Part shown: piece after piece, positions 59,901 to 64,000 of the stretch
Position numbering within the stretch: position 1 is the stretch's first letter
Layout: every line of letters begins with the position of its first letter
Assembly (NCBI RefSeq): GCF_009914755.1
Contig: NC_060931.1
Strand: one strand, 5' to 3'
Source of the DNA: the human T2T-CHM13v2.0 reference genome, Homo sapiens
Length of the DNA: 64,000 nucleotides
Made by a program: the position numbers and the translations under genes
The notes under the pieces: generated by a model
The model's database searches: none
What the model saw: the letters and a program-made list of their open reading frames with translations, nothing else
Told to the model about the DNA's origin: nothing

Positions 59901-61606
59901 AAGTCAAATTGTCACTGTTTGCTGATGATATTATAATATACCTAGAAAGCCTTAACAACTCATCTAAAAAGCTCCTAGAACTGGTAAATAAATTCATCAA
60001 ATTTCAGGATACAAAATTAACGTACACAAATCAGCAGTTCTGCTATACACAAACAGCAACCAAGCTGAGAATGAAATCAAGAACTCAACCCCTTTCACAG
60101 TAGCTGCAAAAAAAAATTTTTTTTTTTAAGTGTAGGAATATACCTAACCAAGGACATGAAAGACCTCTCAAGGAGAACTGCAAAACACTATTGAAAGAAA
60201 TCATAGATGACACACACATGCAAACATATTCCATGCTCATGGATGGGCAGAACCAATGTTGTGAAAATGACCATACTGTCAAAAGCAATTACAAATGCAA
60301 TGCAATTCCTATCAAAATACCACAATCATTCTTCAAAGAACAAGAAAAAACAATCGTAAAATTCATATGGAACCAAAAAAGAGCCTGCACAGCCAAAGCA
60401 AGACTAAGCAAAAAGAACAAATCTAGAGGCATCATATTACTCGACTTCAAACTATAATATAAGGCCATGGTCACCAAAACAGCATGGTACTGGTATAAAA
60501 ATAGGTATATAAATCAATGGAACAGAGTAGACAAACCAGAAATAAATCCACATACTTACAGCCAACTGATCTTTGACAAAGCAAACAAAAACATAAAGTG
60601 GAGAAGAGACACCCTACTCAACAAATGGTGCTGGGATAATTGGCAACCCACATGTAGAAGAATGAAACTGGATACTCATCTCTCACCTTATACAAAAATC
60701 AACTCAAGATGGATCAAAGACCTAAGTCTAAGACTTTAAATCATAAAAATTCTAGAAGATAACTTTGGAAAAAACCCTTCCAGACATTAGCTTAGACAAA
60801 CATTTCATGACCAAGAACTGAAAAGCAAATGCAACAAAAACAGAGATAAATAGATGGAACTTAATTAAACTAAAAAGATTCTGCACAGCAAAAGAAATAA
60901 TCAGCAGAGTTAACAGACAACCCAAAGAATGGGAGAAAATCTTCACAATCTATACTAAGACTAAGGACTAATATCCAGAATCTATAAGTAACTCAAACAA
61001 AGCAGCAAGAAAAAAACAAACAATCCCATCAAAAAGTGGGCTAAGGACATGAATAGACAATTCTCAAAAAGAGATATATAAGTGATGAACAAATATATAA
61101 AAAATGCTCAACATCACTAATGATCAGGGAAATGCAAATGAAAACCACAATGCAACACCATCTTACTCCTGCAAGAATTGTCATAATCAAAAAATAAAAA
61201 ATAATACTTGTTGGAGTGAAAGTGGTGAAAAGGGCACATTTCTACACTGTTGGTGTGAATGTAAACTAGTACAGCCACTATGGAAAACAGTATATAGTGG
61301 AATGCTACTCAGCTGTAAAAAGGAACAAAATAATGGTATTAGTAGAAACCTGGGTGGAATTGGAGACCATTATTCTAAGTGAAGCGATTCAGAAATGGAA
61401 AACCAAATATTGTATGTTCTCACTCATAAGTGGCAGCTAAGATATGAGGACGCGAAGGCATAAAAATGATACAATGGACTTTCAGGGCTCAGGGGAAAGG
61501 GTGCAAGGGAAGTGAGGGATAAAAGACTACATATTGGGTAAAGGGTACGTTGCTCAGGTGATGGGTGCACCAAAATCTCAGAAATCATCACTAAAGAACT
61601 TACTCA

Positions 61607-61642
<36 letters not shown>

Positions 61643-64000
61643 AAATAAAAAACTACAGAAAAATAAAGTATATATTTTATAGTGCACAGTGTACAATTCC
61701 AAGACAAATAATTAATTTATTTGTTTTTTAGTGAAAGTTTTTCATTTACATAATGCTGACAAAATTTGACTTCAAGATACCTTTTGGGTACCATTTTTCT
61801 AGCCACTAAAATAAGAAACATAATTATGAAAATTGTATGGCTGTTCTTACTGATGGCTGTTTTCTCAAGAGAACAATCCAACATAGAGTCTCCTACAGAT
61901 GTATATGAATTCCACAGACAACTGAGAATTTCTTTAAAAAAATTATTTCCTCTTGGCTTCTTAGGTAATTAATGGTAAGTAAAATGAATAGTTGTTTCCC
62001 CATAGTATATCATTACGATTACAATAAAATAACTTTTCTTTATATTTATTAAATTGTTCTTTCAATTTGATGTAGTGGTTAAAAGACTCTAAGCAACCTG
62101 AAGAACACAATTATAAAATAACATTTTCAAAAAATCTTACAATCTGTGATGCCATTAAAAAGTGAAAGTTTCATTCATGACTATAGATAAATCATACATT
62201 GCTGAGCCAGTATTAACATTTAAAATATCAGTTTTGTGTTCTAAAGATTTGTGACAGTCTGATGGCAGGAAATGATGGCAGTAAGATAACAGTTGACCTG
62301 TTGCTTCAAAATAATGAGCCAAACCTTTTCAAGAAAGCCTGGGGCACACAGAGGTCAAGCTTACCTGCAGATGCTGGTAATGAGAAAGTGAAATAGCTAA
62401 TTCTTATCTGATCCATTATCCAGGTACAAAAACTCCTGTGAGAAGCCCCATTAAAAACCAATAGATGTTGGCTTTTCCCAAAAAATCTGCCTCCTGGGAA
62501 ACAGTTGAGGGTCTCTCAACTTGAGATTACAAAAAAGGAAAAGGAAGAAAAGGAAAAGAAAGGGAAAAATGTTTAAGGCGAAAGAAAGTTCTCCTAAGTG
62601 CTTTTATGTGAAGTTTTAGGTCGGCTTTAAGCTATCCCAGAAATCTTTACATTAATGACATTCAGATGTGTAAACTTTGCTCTTGTGAGTGCACTTGCCA
62701 TGCTCTCCTTTTTCCTGTTCTCTTCTATCCTTCATTATAACCTCCACCCAGTACATGGGGCTCCTGGGGATGCTCCCAGTTTTTTTTTTTTCTTTTGAGG
62801 CCAAGTGAAAACGTGAAATTCACAACCTTTATCTTAAAGAGAGTTATATAAGAAGAAAAGAAAGTTACGGAAACTTTACCAATGTATTAAAAAGTAGTGG
62901 CTTAAAGTTGTCTGTCAGACTATTCTATTCGCTTCAAACGTCAGATTGGCAGGTAATCAGCCCCAAAGCCTCACTTCATTGACTATTTTTTGGGGGAAAG
63001 TACCTGATAATTTTGTTCGGTAGGGTTAATCCTCCGTGTGAGTACCACCTGCCTCCCAGCAGCCCCAGCCCAGATTAGGCAAACTTGTAATGAATGTTCT
63101 TTCTTCTGTGAAATATGATATACAAAATGGCATCTCTCTGGTTCAGAGGCCTAAAATAAATTTGAGAAGCCATTCTAAGGACTATCTGCATGACCTGCAA
63201 CCTTGTCAAAAAACAAACAAACAAACAAAAACAAAAACAAAAATCCTGGAATTTTGCCTTGCACCTTTGAACTGGCCCAAACCTCAACAACCACAACATT
63301 CTGCAAAACAGCTAAATTTCACCAGCACTGTGACTCTTGAACAGCAACAACCAATTAACTATAGAATAATGTACTAAGCCAGGCTCCTTCAACGTTAATT
63401 ACTTGAAAACAACTTGTGTAATCACCCTTAGCTTTCTTTTACATTACTACTCCCCTCTCTGTCTTCAGAACACAATTTGGCTTCTAGCAGGATCTATTCC
63501 TCAAGCTGCAATGCCTAGGACCCCAGTAAATGACTTGTCTTACTACTTTGCAGTCTGGTCTTACACTTTTTCTTGGTGGACACTTCATCACCAGCAAGCG
63601 AGTGGTGGATGATTGTCAGTTTTGATCTACTGGACATTTTGATTGTCTTCCTTCAGCAACATCAGTTGTCTGGCTGAGGTTGTGCAGCCATTCTTAGCAC
63701 TCTGAGGTGACTTCTTTTGATAGATGGACAGTCAGAGGCTGAAGTAACTTGACAGCACCTGTGATTCTATTGCATGTCAGAATCAACCTACAGATTCGCA
63801 CTAGATGAAGACGCACACGTGGAAGACATTACTCATTAGAGTGAGTATCCTCAGAACACTTGCTTTTTTGGTTCATTTGTTGTTTCATTTTTCTCGGTGG
63901 CCTTGAATGTTTCTAACTTTTGCATGCTGAGACTCAAGTGCAGGCAGGAGCCCCATCTTTAATGTCCTAGGCTTTTGCTACAACTGAGCATTGGTGAGAC

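Overview
This is primate (human-like) nuclear DNA that is AT-rich and dominated by transposons. I found no recognisable cellular protein-coding gene, RNA gene, CRISPR array or prokaryotic feature. The long ORFs in the track are decayed LINE-1, MaLR or ERV-L coding remnants. Main contents: a full-length L1PA4-like element (2017-8160,+); a complete THE1 MaLR provirus (12941-15261,-); a two-LTR ERV-L/MLT2 provirus (about 24817-31545,-); a full-length L1PA15/16-like element (37693-44326,-); a near-full-length L1PB (55039-61650,+); two 5'-inverted L1s; about ten Alus; and MLT1 LTRs, MIR/L2 relics, a MADE2 and STRs. I see no evidence of a new gene system. The most unusual signals are structural. (i) Four retrotranspositions, two per strand, trace back to one palindromic TTTTT|AAAA site at 44342/44343. 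(ii) A templated insertion (fold-back plus a 62-bp copy from 2.1 kb away) sits beside the ERV-L RT motif. (iii) A fold-back palindrome marks a three-part L1 junction. (iv) The L1PA4 5'UTR has an open 155-aa antisense ORF0 and an extra 17-bp unit in the ZNF93-target segment. Subfamily names come from recalled consensus features and need RepeatMasker/Dfam confirmation. Boundaries of old elements are approximate.
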